Positions 36,119 through 46,512 of a stretch of 64,000 bases of DNA are shown in pieces. Location: NCBI GenBank assembly GCA_030745755.1, contig JASLOA010000034.1, positions 10,071 through 74,070 on the forward strand, written 5' to 3'. The translations under genes were made by a program, and so were the position numbers. Within the stretch, counting starts at the first letter, position 1. Every line of letters begins with the position of its first letter. The notes below the pieces were generated by a model. The model did no database searches. It saw nothing but the letters and a program-made list of their open reading frames with translations, and had not been told where the DNA came from. This stretch comes from Kiritimatiellia bacterium. Its GTDB lineage: Bacteria > Verrucomicrobiota > Kiritimatiellia > UBA8416 > JABMPJ01.

Positions 36119-36240
36119 TGAACCCAGGCATCCTGCCTGGGCTATGATGGAGCACCCCGTTGGGGTGCGGGAAGGAACGACTCGGGAAAGGTCGACCCCA
36201 AAGGGGTCATACATCATAGCCCAGCGAGAATCGCTGGGAT
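36119..36240 (+). repeat. Family-2 multi-hairpin element, copy A
   Basis: cccaggcatcctgcctggg / ctatgatg ... cacccc..ggggtg ... gacccc..ggggtc ... catcatag / cccagcgagaatcgctggg. Confidence 0.75.
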
Positions 36241-36301
36241 CAGTAGAAGAAGGAAGGACGCCCCCTGATCTTCGCGGTTACGACTACTTGGGAGATGAAA
36301 A

Positions 36302-37321
36302 GTGGATCTTGAGACACTGAAGAAGACAGTAGCCGAAGGGCTGGAAGAAGCAGGCGCAGCTCAGACGGCGGATGCCGTTGAGGCAGTGCGCATCACCTAT
36401 CTCGGGCGCAAGGGGCTGATGCCCCAGGTCATGAAAGAGCTCAAGACCGTAGCACCGGAGGAAAAGGCCGAGGTCGGACGGTTGGCCAACACGTTCAAGA
36501 AGGAGCTGGCTGAGCTTCTTGAGAGCAGGCGCGAGGAGCTGTCGGGCGACGGCAAGGGCGCGGCTGAGTCCGCTACCTTCGACTATACGCTACCCGGACG
36601 CGGCCCGCGCCGCGGCACACGTCATCCCATCTCTGCTGTCATAGAAGAGGCCGTCGCGATTTTCGGGCGCATGGGGTTCACCGTGGCCGAGGGGCCCGAC
36701 GTCGAAACCCCCTATCACAACTTCGAGGCGCTGAATACGCCGGGGTATCATCCCTCGATGGATCGGCAGGATACGTTCTGGCTGGATGACGGCAAGCTGC
36801 TGCGTACGCAGACCTCGCCCGTGCAGATTCGGGTGATGGAGTCGCGCACCCCCCCCGTGCGCATTGTAACGCCGGGGCGCTGTTACCGCCGCGACACCAC
36901 CGATGCGACGCACAGCGCCAACTTCCACCAGATCGAAGGTCTCTATGTCGATAGCCAGGTGTCGTTGGCCGACCTGAAAGGGACGCTGGCCTATTTCGCT
37001 CATGAGATGATGGGGCCCGACGTGGCGGTGCGTTTTCGTCCCCATTTCTTCCCGTTCACGGAGCCCAGCGTGGAGTGCGACTTCTCCTGTCATGTCTGCA
37101 GCGGCAGTGGGTGCCGGGTCTGCAAGGGGAGCGGCTGGATCGAGATTGCCGGTGCCGGCATGGTGGATCCACGCGTATTCGAGAAAGTGGGCTACGACCC
37201 GGAGACCACGACCGGCTATGCTTTCGGCATGGGTATCGAACGCATCGCGATGATCCGCTACGGCATCCCGGATATTCGGCTGTTGTACGAGAACGATATG
37301 AGGTTTTTGAGGCAGTTCTAG
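36302..37321 (+). CDS. pheS: Phenylalanyl-tRNA synthetase alpha subunit
   Basis: Class II core FRPHFFPFTEPS...GMGIERIAM. Confidence 0.9.
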   Translation: MDLETLKKTVAEGLEEAGAAQTADAVEAVRITYLGRKGLMPQVMKELKTVAPEEKAEVGRLANTFKKELAELLESRREELSGDGKGAAESATFDYTLPGRGPRRGTRHPISAVIEEAVAIFGRMGFTVAEGPDVETPYHNFEALNTPGYHPSMDRQDTFWLDDGKLLRTQTSPVQIRVMESRTPPVRIVTPGRCYRRDTTDATHSANFHQIEGLYVDSQVSLADLKGTLAYFAHEMMGPDVAVRFRPHFFPFTEPSVECDFSCHVCSGSGCRVCKGSGWIEIAGAGMVDPRVFEKVGYDPETTTGYAFGMGIERIAMIRYGIPDIRLLYENDMRFLRQF

Positions 37322-37356
37322 AGTAATCACGAAGGGAACAAAGGACACGAAGGACA

Positions 37357-37463
37357 TGAACCCAGGCATCCTGCCTGGGCTATGACGTGGCACCCCTTTG
37401 GGGTGCGGGAACGAGCGACCCCAACGGGGTCGGACATCATAGCCCAGCGAGAATCGCTGGGAC
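37357..37463 (+). repeat. Family-2 multi-hairpin element, copy B
   Basis: About 90% identical to copy A. Confidence 0.75.
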
Positions 37464-37518
37464 TAGTCGAAGACGGCCGGAGACTCCATCCGTGGCGAAC
37501 ATCTTCAGGAGCTGAGAA

Positions 37519-39918
37519 ATGAAACTACCGTTAAGTTGGTTACGAGAATATGTGGATGTGGATGCCTCGGCTGAGGAGATTGCCGAGAAGCTGACGTTCT
37601 CGGGCACCGAGGTGGAAGGCATCGAGCACGTGGGCGCCGGATGCGAATCCATCATCGTGGGGGAAGTGCTGGCGTGGGAGAAGCACCCCAAGGCTGACCG
37701 CTTGCGCCTTTGTCGCGTCTCCGATGGCTCCAACGAGCTGCCCGTGGTATGCGGGGCCGACAACTTCGATGCGGGCGACAAGGTCGCTCTCGCGCCCGTG
37801 GGTGCCACGCTGCCCGACGGTATGACCATCAAGGAAGCCAAGCTGCGTGGCGAGGTGTCGCAGGGCATGCTCTGCGCCGAGGATGAGCTTGGGCTGTCGG
37901 CCGACCACGCCGGGATCATGATTCTGCCCGCAGATGCAGCGGCGGGCACGCCGCTTCTTGATGTAATGGGCGGTGTTGAGACGGTTCTTGAGCTCGAAGT
38001 GACCTGGAACCGTCCTGACTGCCTGTGTGTGATCGGCATGGCTCGCGAGGTGGCGGCCCTGTACGGGCTGGATCTGAAAATCCCCGAGCCTGCGCTTGAA
38101 GAGACAGGCAAGCCGGTCGAAGAGTGGACCCGTGTCGAGGTGCAGGATGCGGCCGACTGTCCGCGCTACACGGCGCGCGTGCTGACCGATGCCGAGCTGA
38201 AGCCGAGTCCCATGTGGATGCGCAGGCGCCTGGCGTGCTGTGGGGTGCGCCCGATCAACAACGTGGTGGATATCACCAACTACGTCATGCTGGAGTGTGG
38301 CCATCCGCTTCACGCCTTCGATTTTGCCATGCTGAAGGAGAGCCGTATCGTTGTTCGCCGCGCCGCGGAAGGGGAGCAGATGGCGACCCTGGATGATGAG
38401 GAGCGCAGGTTGACTCCGGAGATGCTCGTGATTGCCGACGCTGAGCGTCCCGTCGCCGTTGCCGGCATCATGGGGGGCGCGGGCAGTGAGATCAGTGACG
38501 CCACGCAGACCGTGCTGCTGGAGAGCGCTACGTTCGATCCGGCCCTGACGCACCGCACATCCGTGGCGCTGGGGCTATCGACCGAGTCATCGCACCGTTT
38601 TGAGCGCACCGTGGACCGCGCGACCGTAGAATGGGCCAGCCGCCGTGCGGCGGCGCTCATGGGTGAGCACTGCGGTGCTACGCTGGCTGCCGGTGTAATC
38701 GATGTCTGCGGGGAAGCGGCCGGGCAGGCGCCCATTGTCTGTCGCCTGGGCCGGCTGGAATCACTATTGGGCGTATCGTTCTCACGCGACGAGGTGCTCG
38801 CCATCCTCGCCAGGCTGCAGATTCCCGTGGCGGAATCGAACGATGAGACGGTCAGTGTGCTGCCCCCCTCGTTCCGGCCCGACCTGAAGATAGAGGCCGA
38901 CATCTTCGAAGAGATCGCCCGTATGCACGGACTCGATGAAGTGCCGGCGGCGGCGCCTATGGGGCGCGTCGTGGTGGACGCTGATGACGCCCGTCCGCGC
39001 GCCGTCGTGGCTTGTCGCGATCACCTGGTAGGGCTTGGGCTCTCCGAGATTATGAATTACAGCTTTCTCTCCGAGCAGTTGGTCGACCGCTTCGGCAAGG
39101 ACGCGGATGATCGGCGCGTGGCGCTGCTGGATCCGGTAAGTGCCGATCATGGCATCATGCGCGACTCGCTGATACCGCAGATGGCCGAGTCGCTGGGGCA
39201 TAATGCAGCCCACCAGGAGCTGAACGCGGCTTGCTTCGAAATCGGTAGCGTCTTCTATCGCGCGGGGGATGGAATTCAAGAAGAAGACCACCTTTCAATC
39301 GGCCTGATGGGGCAGCCGCAAGGGTGGGGCGACGGTGCCGCGGACACCTCGCCCGAAGGGACGTTCCTGCGCATCAAAGGGCTGTTGGAAGAGCTCGTAC
39401 GGGTGCAGAATGCGCCCGCACTGGAGCTACAGCCGGACACGCACCCGGCCTTTGAGCCGGGGTGGTGTGCAGCCCTTTTTGCAGGTGAAGAGAAAGTTGG
39501 GATTCTGGGGCTTCTTGTGGCCCCCATCCGCCACCAATGGCGGATACAGGTTCCCGTTGCGATGGCCGAGCTCAAGCTGGACGCAATCCTGTCGCAAACC
39601 CATGATGTGCAGGGATTTAAAGCAATCCCGGTATACCCCTCTGTAGCCCGCGACCTGGCCTTGCTTGTGGATGAATCGGTGCGTCACGGAGACATTGTGC
39701 AGGTCATTGAATCTGATGCGCCTATGGAGTTGACAGGGGTTGACTTGTTCGATATATTCAGAAGTGAAGAGATTGGGGAGGGGCGCAAAAGTATGGCCTA
39801 CTCCTTGACCTACCGGTCGGCGGAACGGACGCTGACGGATGAAGAGACGAACCGCTTGCATGTCGCGATCATGGATCGCTTGAGACAGGAGCTGAAAGCC
39901 GAAATCAGGGAGCGTTAG
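37519..39918 (+). CDS. pheT: Phenylalanyl-tRNA synthetase beta subunit
   Basis: 799 aa; tRNA-binding N-terminus, B3/4, B5, FDX-ACB domains order. Confidence 0.9.
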   Translation: MKLPLSWLREYVDVDASAEEIAEKLTFSGTEVEGIEHVGAGCESIIVGEVLAWEKHPKADRLRLCRVSDGSNELPVVCGADNFDAGDKVALAPVGATLPDGMTIKEAKLRGEVSQGMLCAEDELGLSADHAGIMILPADAAAGTPLLDVMGGVETVLELEVTWNRPDCLCVIGMAREVAALYGLDLKIPEPALEETGKPVEEWTRVEVQDAADCPRYTARVLTDAELKPSPMWMRRRLACCGVRPINNVVDITNYVMLECGHPLHAFDFAMLKESRIVVRRAAEGEQMATLDDEERRLTPEMLVIADAERPVAVAGIMGGAGSEISDATQTVLLESATFDPALTHRTSVALGLSTESSHRFERTVDRATVEWASRRAAALMGEHCGATLAAGVIDVCGEAAGQAPIVCRLGRLESLLGVSFSRDEVLAILARLQIPVAESNDETVSVLPPSFRPDLKIEADIFEEIARMHGLDEVPAAAPMGRVVVDADDARPRAVVACRDHLVGLGLSEIMNYSFLSEQLVDRFGKDADDRRVALLDPVSADHGIMRDSLIPQMAESLGHNAAHQELNAACFEIGSVFYRAGDGIQEEDHLSIGLMGQPQGWGDGAADTSPEGTFLRIKGLLEELVRVQNAPALELQPDTHPAFEPGWCAALFAGEEKVGILGLLVAPIRHQWRIQVPVAMAELKLDAILSQTHDVQGFKAIPVYPSVARDLALLVDESVRHGDIVQVIESDAPMELTGVDLFDIFRSEEIGEGRKSMAYSLTYRSAERTLTDEETNRLHVAIMDRLRQELKAEIRER

Positions 39919-40336
39919 TCCGAGAGAGTTTTTGCGAACAATGCCAGGGGCACCAGACCCATGTTATTCTGGTACCGGACCGCGCGAGGTCAGACGTTGA
40001 GATGGTAGACCGACAGCGCGGATGATGCGAATGAAGATGGGACTTTCGGGTAGGAAGCCATCTATGAGACCAAGGATTCAGTTAGTCACTAAAAGAGGAC
40101 GGTGAGCCGACAGACAGAGTCCACATTGACATAAGGTATTTGAAATACCCTGCCTTGTTCGCTAACAGGCAAAAATCTCTAACCTTCTATTGTATTAGGG
40201 AGCTTGAATACGGCGTGGAGCGGATTCGCAAGAATCCCGGAAGCGACGACTAGAGCACCCACCTCGAATGCGAGGTTTAAGAGATTAACGCCCTTACGAT
40301 TATGGTGGGGTATTTTTCTGCCCCGTGGAAACGGAT

Positions 40337-41665
40337 ATGGACCTGTTTGAGGACAAACCGAAGGCGCCGGACCCCTCGCGTGAACCGCTGGCCAGCCGCA
40401 TGCGGCCGCGGTCGCTGGATGAAGTGGTGGGCCAGGAGCGGATTCTCGGCGAAGGGCGCCTGTTGCGTCGCGCGATCGAGGCCGACCGCCTGAGTAGCAT
40501 CATCCTTTATGGACCCCCGGGATGCGGCAAGACCTCTATTGCCGAGGTCATAGCGCGCGTCACCAGTCGTCATTTCGAGCGGGCCAGTGGCGTCACCGCC
40601 AACGTGAGCGTGTTGCGCGGCCTGTTCGAGCTGGCCGCCCATCACCGGCGGCATGACGGTGTCGAGACCATCCTGTTTATCGACGAGATCCACCGCTTCA
40701 ACAAGTCGCAGCAGGATACACTCCTGCCACATGTGGAAGATGGTACGATTACGCTGATCGGTGCTACGACGCACAATCCACAGTTCTTCATCAACAGCCC
40801 GCTCACATCACGGTCGCTGATCTTCGAGCTGGATCCGCTGTCGACTGATGCCATCGTGGCACTGCTGCGACGTGCCCTGGCCGAGGAGCGAGGGCTGTCC
40901 TCAAGCGGTGCCGTGGCCGATGACGAGGCCTTGACGCACCTCGCCGTGGTGTGTGAAGGCGACGCCCGGCGCGCGCTGAACGCGCTGGAGGTCGCCGTTC
41001 TGACCACGGCCGCGGGTGATGATGAGGTCATTCAGATCACGCGCGAAGTGGCCGAGGATTCGATTCAACGCAAGGCAGTGGTCTACGACCGCGACGAAGA
41101 AGGCCACTACGATACCATCTCGGCATTCATCAAGAGCGTGCGCGGGTCCGATCCGGACGCCGCGGTCTACTGGCTTGCCAAGATGCTTTATGCCGGAGAG
41201 GACCCACGCTTTGTGGCGCGCCGACTCGTGATCCTGGCCTCGGAGGATATCGGCAATGCCGATCCGCGCGGGCTCAATGTAGCGGTATCGGCCATGCAGG
41301 CGGCTGACTTTGTCGGCATGCCGGAAGCCCGCATCATCCTGAGCCAGGCCACGACCTACCTCGCCACGGCACCCAAGAGCAACGCCGCCTACGTGGCCGT
41401 GGATGAAGCCATGAAGGATGTGGCGGAGGGCCGCACGCAGGCGGTGCCAAGGCATCTGCGCAACGTGAAGATCGATTCCGTGGACGGCAAGGAGGGGGAC
41501 GAGTACGTCTATCCTCACGATTTCAAAGGCCATTTTACCGACCAGCAGTACATGGGGTCGGACCGGCAGTACTATTGTCCCTCGGATGAGGGGTATGAGG
41601 AGATTATCGGCAGACGAATGGCGTATTGGCGCTCCTTGCGTGAAGAACAGAGGACCTCAGCATGA
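40337..41665 (+). CDS. rarA: Replication-associated recombination protein A (AAA+ ATPase)
   Basis: GPPGCGKTS Walker A, FIDEIHRFNK, MgsA C-terminal domains. Confidence 0.85.
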   Translation: MDLFEDKPKAPDPSREPLASRMRPRSLDEVVGQERILGEGRLLRRAIEADRLSSIILYGPPGCGKTSIAEVIARVTSRHFERASGVTANVSVLRGLFELAAHHRRHDGVETILFIDEIHRFNKSQQDTLLPHVEDGTITLIGATTHNPQFFINSPLTSRSLIFELDPLSTDAIVALLRRALAEERGLSSSGAVADDEALTHLAVVCEGDARRALNALEVAVLTTAAGDDEVIQITREVAEDSIQRKAVVYDRDEEGHYDTISAFIKSVRGSDPDAAVYWLAKMLYAGEDPRFVARRLVILASEDIGNADPRGLNVAVSAMQAADFVGMPEARIILSQATTYLATAPKSNAAYVAVDEAMKDVAEGRTQAVPRHLRNVKIDSVDGKEGDEYVYPHDFKGHFTDQQYMGSDRQYYCPSDEGYEEIIGRRMAYWRSLREEQRTSA

Positions 41666-42243
41666 GCGATCCGATGACAAAGGATGATGTGCGACAGATG
41701 GTACGTGGCCGTCGTGATGGACTGGACCCGGCCTGGCGCGCCGAGCAGAGCACCAGGTTACAGGAACGGTTGATGGCGCTGCCTGCCATGCGGGCCGCGG
41801 CGCTGGTGGGGCTTTACATGCCGCTGCCCGGCGAGGTGGAAATGGCGGAGTGCGAGGAGATGCTGGCGAACTCGGGCCGCGGGATCTGCGTTCCGGCCTT
41901 TGACCCTGCACGGGGCGGCTACAGCATGGCCATCGTGTCGTCCTCAACGCAGTACATGGACGCCCCGTTCGGTCTGCGCGAGCCGGAGGACCCGGTCTGG
42001 GCGGACCCCGCTTCTATCGAGTGCATCGTCGTACCGGGGGTGGCGTTCGACCAAGCCTGCCGCCGGCTCGGTCACGGGGGCGGGCACTATGATCGTATGC
42101 TGGCTGAGATGACCGCCTCGAAGGTCGGTGTCGCATTCGATTTCCAGGTGTTTGATGAAGTCCCGCATGATGCGCATGACGTGGCGATGGACCTGGTGGT
42201 GACGCCGACCCACACCATTCGGCCCCGACCTGTTTCCGGCTGA
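41662..42243 (+). CDS. 5-formyltetrahydrofolate cyclo-ligase
   Basis: 193 aa; GxGGGxYDR motif (HGGGHYDR). Confidence 0.8.
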   Translation: MSDPMTKDDVRQMVRGRRDGLDPAWRAEQSTRLQERLMALPAMRAAALVGLYMPLPGEVEMAECEEMLANSGRGICVPAFDPARGGYSMAIVSSSTQYMDAPFGLREPEDPVWADPASIECIVVPGVAFDQACRRLGHGGGHYDRMLAEMTASKVGVAFDFQVFDEVPHDAHDVAMDLVVTPTHTIRPRPVSG

Positions 42244-42310
42244 TTATTGGGAAGCTGAAGTAGATGGAAGATTAGGTAAGTGCTCAAAAAGGTTCTGAGA
42301 TACGGAGTGA

Positions 42311-42414
42311 GTGTCATCCCGAGCTTGTCGAGGGATCTCCACATTATCGAATACGCTGGAGATTGACTTCGGCAAGCTCAGCACAGGCTCTCGGCTTCGC
42401 TCGGAATGACAGAC
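42311..42414. repeat. Family-1 palindromic element (variant arms gtcatcccgagcttgtcgagggatctc ... gctctcggcttcgctcggaatgaca)
   Basis: Read directly. Confidence 0.7.
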
Positions 42415-42480
42415 TCTCTGTTGGGATTTATTGAGAACGTGCAAGATTAGTAACTGAACAAGACGGAAGGATGACATTCC

Positions 42481-44031
42481 ATGAACGTGATTATCGGATT
42501 GGTGGCTGCCCTGGGTGGCTTGGCCGTGGGGTACCTGGTGCGGCATGTACTCGGGAAGCTGAAGGCAGATGCGGTGGAGAAACGGGCCGAAGTGTCTATG
42601 ACAGAGGCAGAACGTGAGGCCGAGGCCATTCGTAAAGAGGGGCAGATTCATGCCAAGGCGGAAGTGCTGAAGGCACGCGAGGAGTTCGAAAAATCAACCA
42701 AGAAGCGGCGCAAAGAGCTGGAGACGATTGAAGAACGTGTCTCGCAGCGGGAGACAAACCTCGACCGCAAGATGGCCCTGGTGGAGAAGAAGGAGCACCA
42801 GACGGATTCGCGGAGTGCGGAAGTGGAAGAGCGTATCAAGCAGGTGGAAGCCCGCGATGCGAAAGCGAAGGCCTTGATCGAGGAAGAAATGCAGAAATTG
42901 CAGCGCGTGGCGGGGATGACCCGTGATGAAGCGAAGCAGTCCTTGCTGGAAAGGGTTGAGCAGGAGGCCCACAACGAGACCGGCGGGCTGATTCGACGTT
43001 TGCAGGAGACGGCCAAGGAAACAGCCGAAGCCGAAGCGAAGCGCATCGTGGCCATGGCCATTCAGCGCTATGGTGCGAGCCACGCGTCCGCCATAACAAC
43101 CAGTATCGTGCAGCTTCCGAGCGACGATATGAAGGGGCGGATCATAGGACGTGACGGGCGCAATATCAGGACCCTTGAATCGGTCACCGGTGTCAACCTT
43201 CTGATCGACGATACCCCTGAGGCGGTGGTGATCTCCGGGTTTGATCCGCTGCGCCGCGAAGTGGCACGTCAGTCCCTTGAGATATTGGTGGCGGATGGCC
43301 GTATTCATCCGGCCCGCATCGAAGAGATCGTCGAGAAGGTGCGCGAAGAGATGGAAGACACTATCCGCAAATACGGGGAAGAAGCGGCCTTCGAAGCCGA
43401 CGTTCAGAACGTCGAGCCGGAGCTGTTGCGGCGTTTGGGGCGTCTACAGTATCGCACCAGCTACAGTCAGAATGTACTACGTCACTCGATTGAGGTGGCG
43501 CGACTAATGGGGATGATGGCAGGGGAAATGGACCTGGATGTCTCGTTGGCAAGGCGCATTGGGCTCTTCCATGATATCGGCAAAGCACTCGACCACGAGG
43601 TCGAGGGCGGGCACGCGCTGATTGGCGCGGATCTGCTGAAACGTCACAACGAAGCTCCCGTGGTGGTCAACGCTGTGGCAGCTCATCATGACGACGTGGA
43701 GGCGGAGAGCATCTACGCGTTCCTTGCCGCTGCCGGGGACGCCATTTCCAGCTCGCGCCTGGGGGCACGTTCGGAAACGACCGAGATCTACCTCAAGCGT
43801 CTTGAGAACCTGGAACAGATTGCCAACGGGTTTGAAGGTGTGACCAAGAGCTACGCGATCCAGGCCGGGCGTGAAGTGCGTGTCCTGGTTCAGCCCGACG
43901 CGATCGACGACAATGATGCCATGGTGCTGGCACGCAACGTCAGCAAGAAGATTGAGAGCGATCTTCAGTATCCGGGCCAGATTCGCGTAACCGTGGTCCG
44001 TGAGACGCGTTGCGTGGAATACGCGAGGTAG
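42481..44031 (+). CDS. rny: Ribonuclease Y (N-terminal TM, KH, HD domains)
   Basis: KH GRIIGRDGRNIR; HD LFHDIGKA...HH. Confidence 0.9.
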   Translation: MNVIIGLVAALGGLAVGYLVRHVLGKLKADAVEKRAEVSMTEAEREAEAIRKEGQIHAKAEVLKAREEFEKSTKKRRKELETIEERVSQRETNLDRKMALVEKKEHQTDSRSAEVEERIKQVEARDAKAKALIEEEMQKLQRVAGMTRDEAKQSLLERVEQEAHNETGGLIRRLQETAKETAEAEAKRIVAMAIQRYGASHASAITTSIVQLPSDDMKGRIIGRDGRNIRTLESVTGVNLLIDDTPEAVVISGFDPLRREVARQSLEILVADGRIHPARIEEIVEKVREEMEDTIRKYGEEAAFEADVQNVEPELLRRLGRLQYRTSYSQNVLRHSIEVARLMGMMAGEMDLDVSLARRIGLFHDIGKALDHEVEGGHALIGADLLKRHNEAPVVVNAVAAHHDDVEAESIYAFLAAAGDAISSSRLGARSETTEIYLKRLENLEQIANGFEGVTKSYAIQAGREVRVLVQPDAIDDNDAMVLARNVSKKIESDLQYPGQIRVTVVRETRCVEYAR

Positions 44032-44032
44032 C

Positions 44033-44815
44033 ATGAAACTTCTGGTGGTAGGGGATATTGTGGGGTCGCCGGGCCGGCTGGCGTTTTCACGTGTGGCGGG
44101 TCGCATGAAGGCGACCGGAGCCGTGGATGCCATCGTGGCCAATGCGGAGAACGCGGCCGGTGGGAAAGGTATCACGTCAGCCGTGGGCGAAGAACTCTTC
44201 GCGGCCGGGGCCGATGTCTTGACCATGGGTGACCATACGTGGGACCAGAAAGAATCGTGGTCCTACTTCGACCGGGAACCCCGCCTGGTTCGTCCCGCCA
44301 ACTTTGCGCCCGGCTGTCCGGGGCATGGGGTGGTTACCGTCGAGACTGCCGCGGGACCGCTCTCAGTGATCTCGCTCGTGGGCAGAGTCTTCATGAATCC
44401 ATATGACTGCCCGTTCCGGGCTGCCGACGCCATCTTGAGCAAGGGCGCCAACCTGGCTCGCATCCGTTTGGTCGATATGCATGCCGAGGCGACCTCGGAG
44501 AAGATCGTGATGGGGCGCTACCTGGATGGACGCGTCACGGCCTGTGTGGGCACACACACCCATGTGCAGACGAGCGATGAACGTGTGCTGCCGGGGGGCA
44601 CGGCCTACTTGACCGATCTCGGTATGACCGGCCCGCGTGACTCCGCGCTGGGACGGGAGCTGGATTCGGTGGTCCGGATGTTCACGACCGGCATGCGTGA
44701 GTCTTTCAAGATTGCCAAGCGCGACATCGTGCTGGAAGGCGCTGTGATTAACGTGGACGACAAGACGGGGCGCGCCAGGTCCATCAAACGCATCCGGGAG
44801 TCAATAGAGTCGTGA
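44033..44815 (+). CDS. ymdB: YmdB-like metallophosphoesterase (2',3'-cyclic nucleotide phosphodiesterase family, TIGR00282)
   Basis: MKLLVVGDIVG...GDHTWD...; conserved rny-ymdB adjacency. Confidence 0.85.
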   Translation: MKLLVVGDIVGSPGRLAFSRVAGRMKATGAVDAIVANAENAAGGKGITSAVGEELFAAGADVLTMGDHTWDQKESWSYFDREPRLVRPANFAPGCPGHGVVTVETAAGPLSVISLVGRVFMNPYDCPFRAADAILSKGANLARIRLVDMHAEATSEKIVMGRYLDGRVTACVGTHTHVQTSDERVLPGGTAYLTDLGMTGPRDSALGRELDSVVRMFTTGMRESFKIAKRDIVLEGAVINVDDKTGRARSIKRIRESIES

Positions 44816-46119
44816 CAACGGCAGCAACGACAGGTGCAAAGCAGGCCAACGTACTGAGCGTTACGGCCCTGACCCGCATGATCAAGCAGACGCTTGAGCG
44901 ATCAGTGGGCTCGGTCTGGGTCGAGGGCGAAATCTCCAATGTGCGCCGCCCGGCTTCCGGTCATTACTACTTCACGATCAAGGATGCGAACGCCCAGATC
45001 TCTGCCGTGCTCTTCCGTGGCAACCAGCGCAACCTGGCCTTTCAGCTAAAGGATGGTCTGCAGGTCCGCGCCCAGGGCGATGTATCGGTCTATGAACGCT
45101 CCGGTAGCTACCAGGTCATCGTCAGGCGACTGGAGGAGAGCGGCGTGGGGGCCCTGCAGGCGAAGTTTGAGGAACTCAAGAAACGCTTGAATGCGGAGGG
45201 TCTCTTCGCGGCTGAGCGCAAACAGGCGTTGCCGCTTCTACCACAACATGTGGGCGTGGTGACGTCACCGACCGGTGCGGCGATTCGCGATATCCTGAAC
45301 GTCATCTCGCGGCGGTTCCCCAACATTCACCTGGTCCTGGCCCCCGCCATGGTGCAGGGCCCCGGTGCGGCGCAACAGGTGGCATCAGGGATCGAGCAGC
45401 TCAATCAGCAGGGCGGACTGGACGTCCTTATCGTGGGCCGGGGTGGGGGAAGCCTGGAGGATCTGTGGTGCTTCAACGAGGAGATCGTGGCACGGGCGAT
45501 CGCGGCATCGCGCATTCCCGTCATTTCGGCCGTAGGTCACGAGATTGATTTTACGATCAGCGATTTCGTGGCCGACCTGCGCGCGCCGACCCCCTCGGCC
45601 GCGGCCGAGCTCGTGGTGGGGCGCAAGGATGAGTTTACCGAGCGGCTGAACGTGCTGCAGGAAACGCTGACCACGCGTCTGCGCGAATCGGTTCTGCGGG
45701 CCAGGCACCGCTTGAGTGCGGCACAGCAGAGCTATGTGTTTCGGGAGCCGCGCAATCTCGTGCGGCAGCACATGCAGCGGCTCGACAGCGTGGAAATTAG
45801 GATGGGCCATGCCATGTCCGGACAGCTCACGCAGGGCCGCCAGCGATTGCAGAATGCGGGAACGGCGCTGCAGCACGCGATCGTCATGCGTTCCGAGCGG
45901 ACGCGGGCGACACTCGACCGGTTCAGCTCGCAATTGCGCATGCTGAGTCCGTTGGCCGTCCTGGACCGTGGCTACAGCATGACCACGGACGCACAGGGGC
46001 GGGTCTTGCAGAATGTGGATGATGTGGAGAAAGGCGACCGCCTGACCACGCGCTTTGGTAAGGGCGCCGTGGTGTCTGTGGTCGACGAGATTGATAAGGA
46101 GGCAGGCAATGGCAGCTGA
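44812..46119 (+). CDS. xseA: Exodeoxyribonuclease VII large subunit
   Basis: OB-fold N-terminus and catalytic core GRGGGSLEDLWCFNEE. Confidence 0.9.
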   Translation: MTTAATTGAKQANVLSVTALTRMIKQTLERSVGSVWVEGEISNVRRPASGHYYFTIKDANAQISAVLFRGNQRNLAFQLKDGLQVRAQGDVSVYERSGSYQVIVRRLEESGVGALQAKFEELKKRLNAEGLFAAERKQALPLLPQHVGVVTSPTGAAIRDILNVISRRFPNIHLVLAPAMVQGPGAAQQVASGIEQLNQQGGLDVLIVGRGGGSLEDLWCFNEEIVARAIAASRIPVISAVGHEIDFTISDFVADLRAPTPSAAAELVVGRKDEFTERLNVLQETLTTRLRESVLRARHRLSAAQQSYVFREPRNLVRQHMQRLDSVEIRMGHAMSGQLTQGRQRLQNAGTALQHAIVMRSERTRATLDRFSSQLRMLSPLAVLDRGYSMTTDAQGRVLQNVDDVEKGDRLTTRFGKGAVVSVVDEIDKEAGNGS

Positions 46120-46396
46120 GAAGACGAAGCAACCCCAGGGCTTTGAGAAATCAATGGAGCGACTCGAAGCGGTGGTCTCGGAGATGGAAGGCGGCGATCT
46201 GAGTCTTGAAGACATGATCAAGCGCTTCGAGGAAGGCCAGAAGCTGATCGGCTTCTGCTCAAAGAAGCTCGACGAGGTGGAACGCAAGATCGAGATCCTC
46301 GTGAAGAAGGACAGCGGCGAAGTAGAAGCCGTCCCGTTCGAGGAAGAGCCACCGGCCTCTGCCCCCGAACCGGAGGCTGAGGCCGAGCTGTTCTAA
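46109..46396 (+). CDS. xseB: Exodeoxyribonuclease VII small subunit
   Basis: FEKSMERLEAVVSEMEGGDLSLEDMIKRFEEG; start overlaps the xseA stop. Confidence 0.85.
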   Translation: MAAEKTKQPQGFEKSMERLEAVVSEMEGGDLSLEDMIKRFEEGQKLIGFCSKKLDEVERKIEILVKKDSGEVEAVPFEEEPPASAPEPEAEAELF

Positions 46397-46512
46397 CGTC
46401 GCTACGGTGTGCAAATAGGGGGTCGCACTGCCCTGCATAGCGATGCTACTGAAATGTGTGCGGTGTAACGATGAAACGTGATGCGTCAGGACAGCACAGG
46501 AGGTCGAGAGCG

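Noticed and set aside
39919-40336. RNase P RNA, tmRNA, SRP or 6S RNA in the long pheT-rarA spacer
   Set aside because: No conserved signature (GGAAAGUCCGG P4 motif, tmRNA tRNA-like end GGUUCGAUUCC, SRP domain IV) could be found by eye. It is left as an open low-interest observation.
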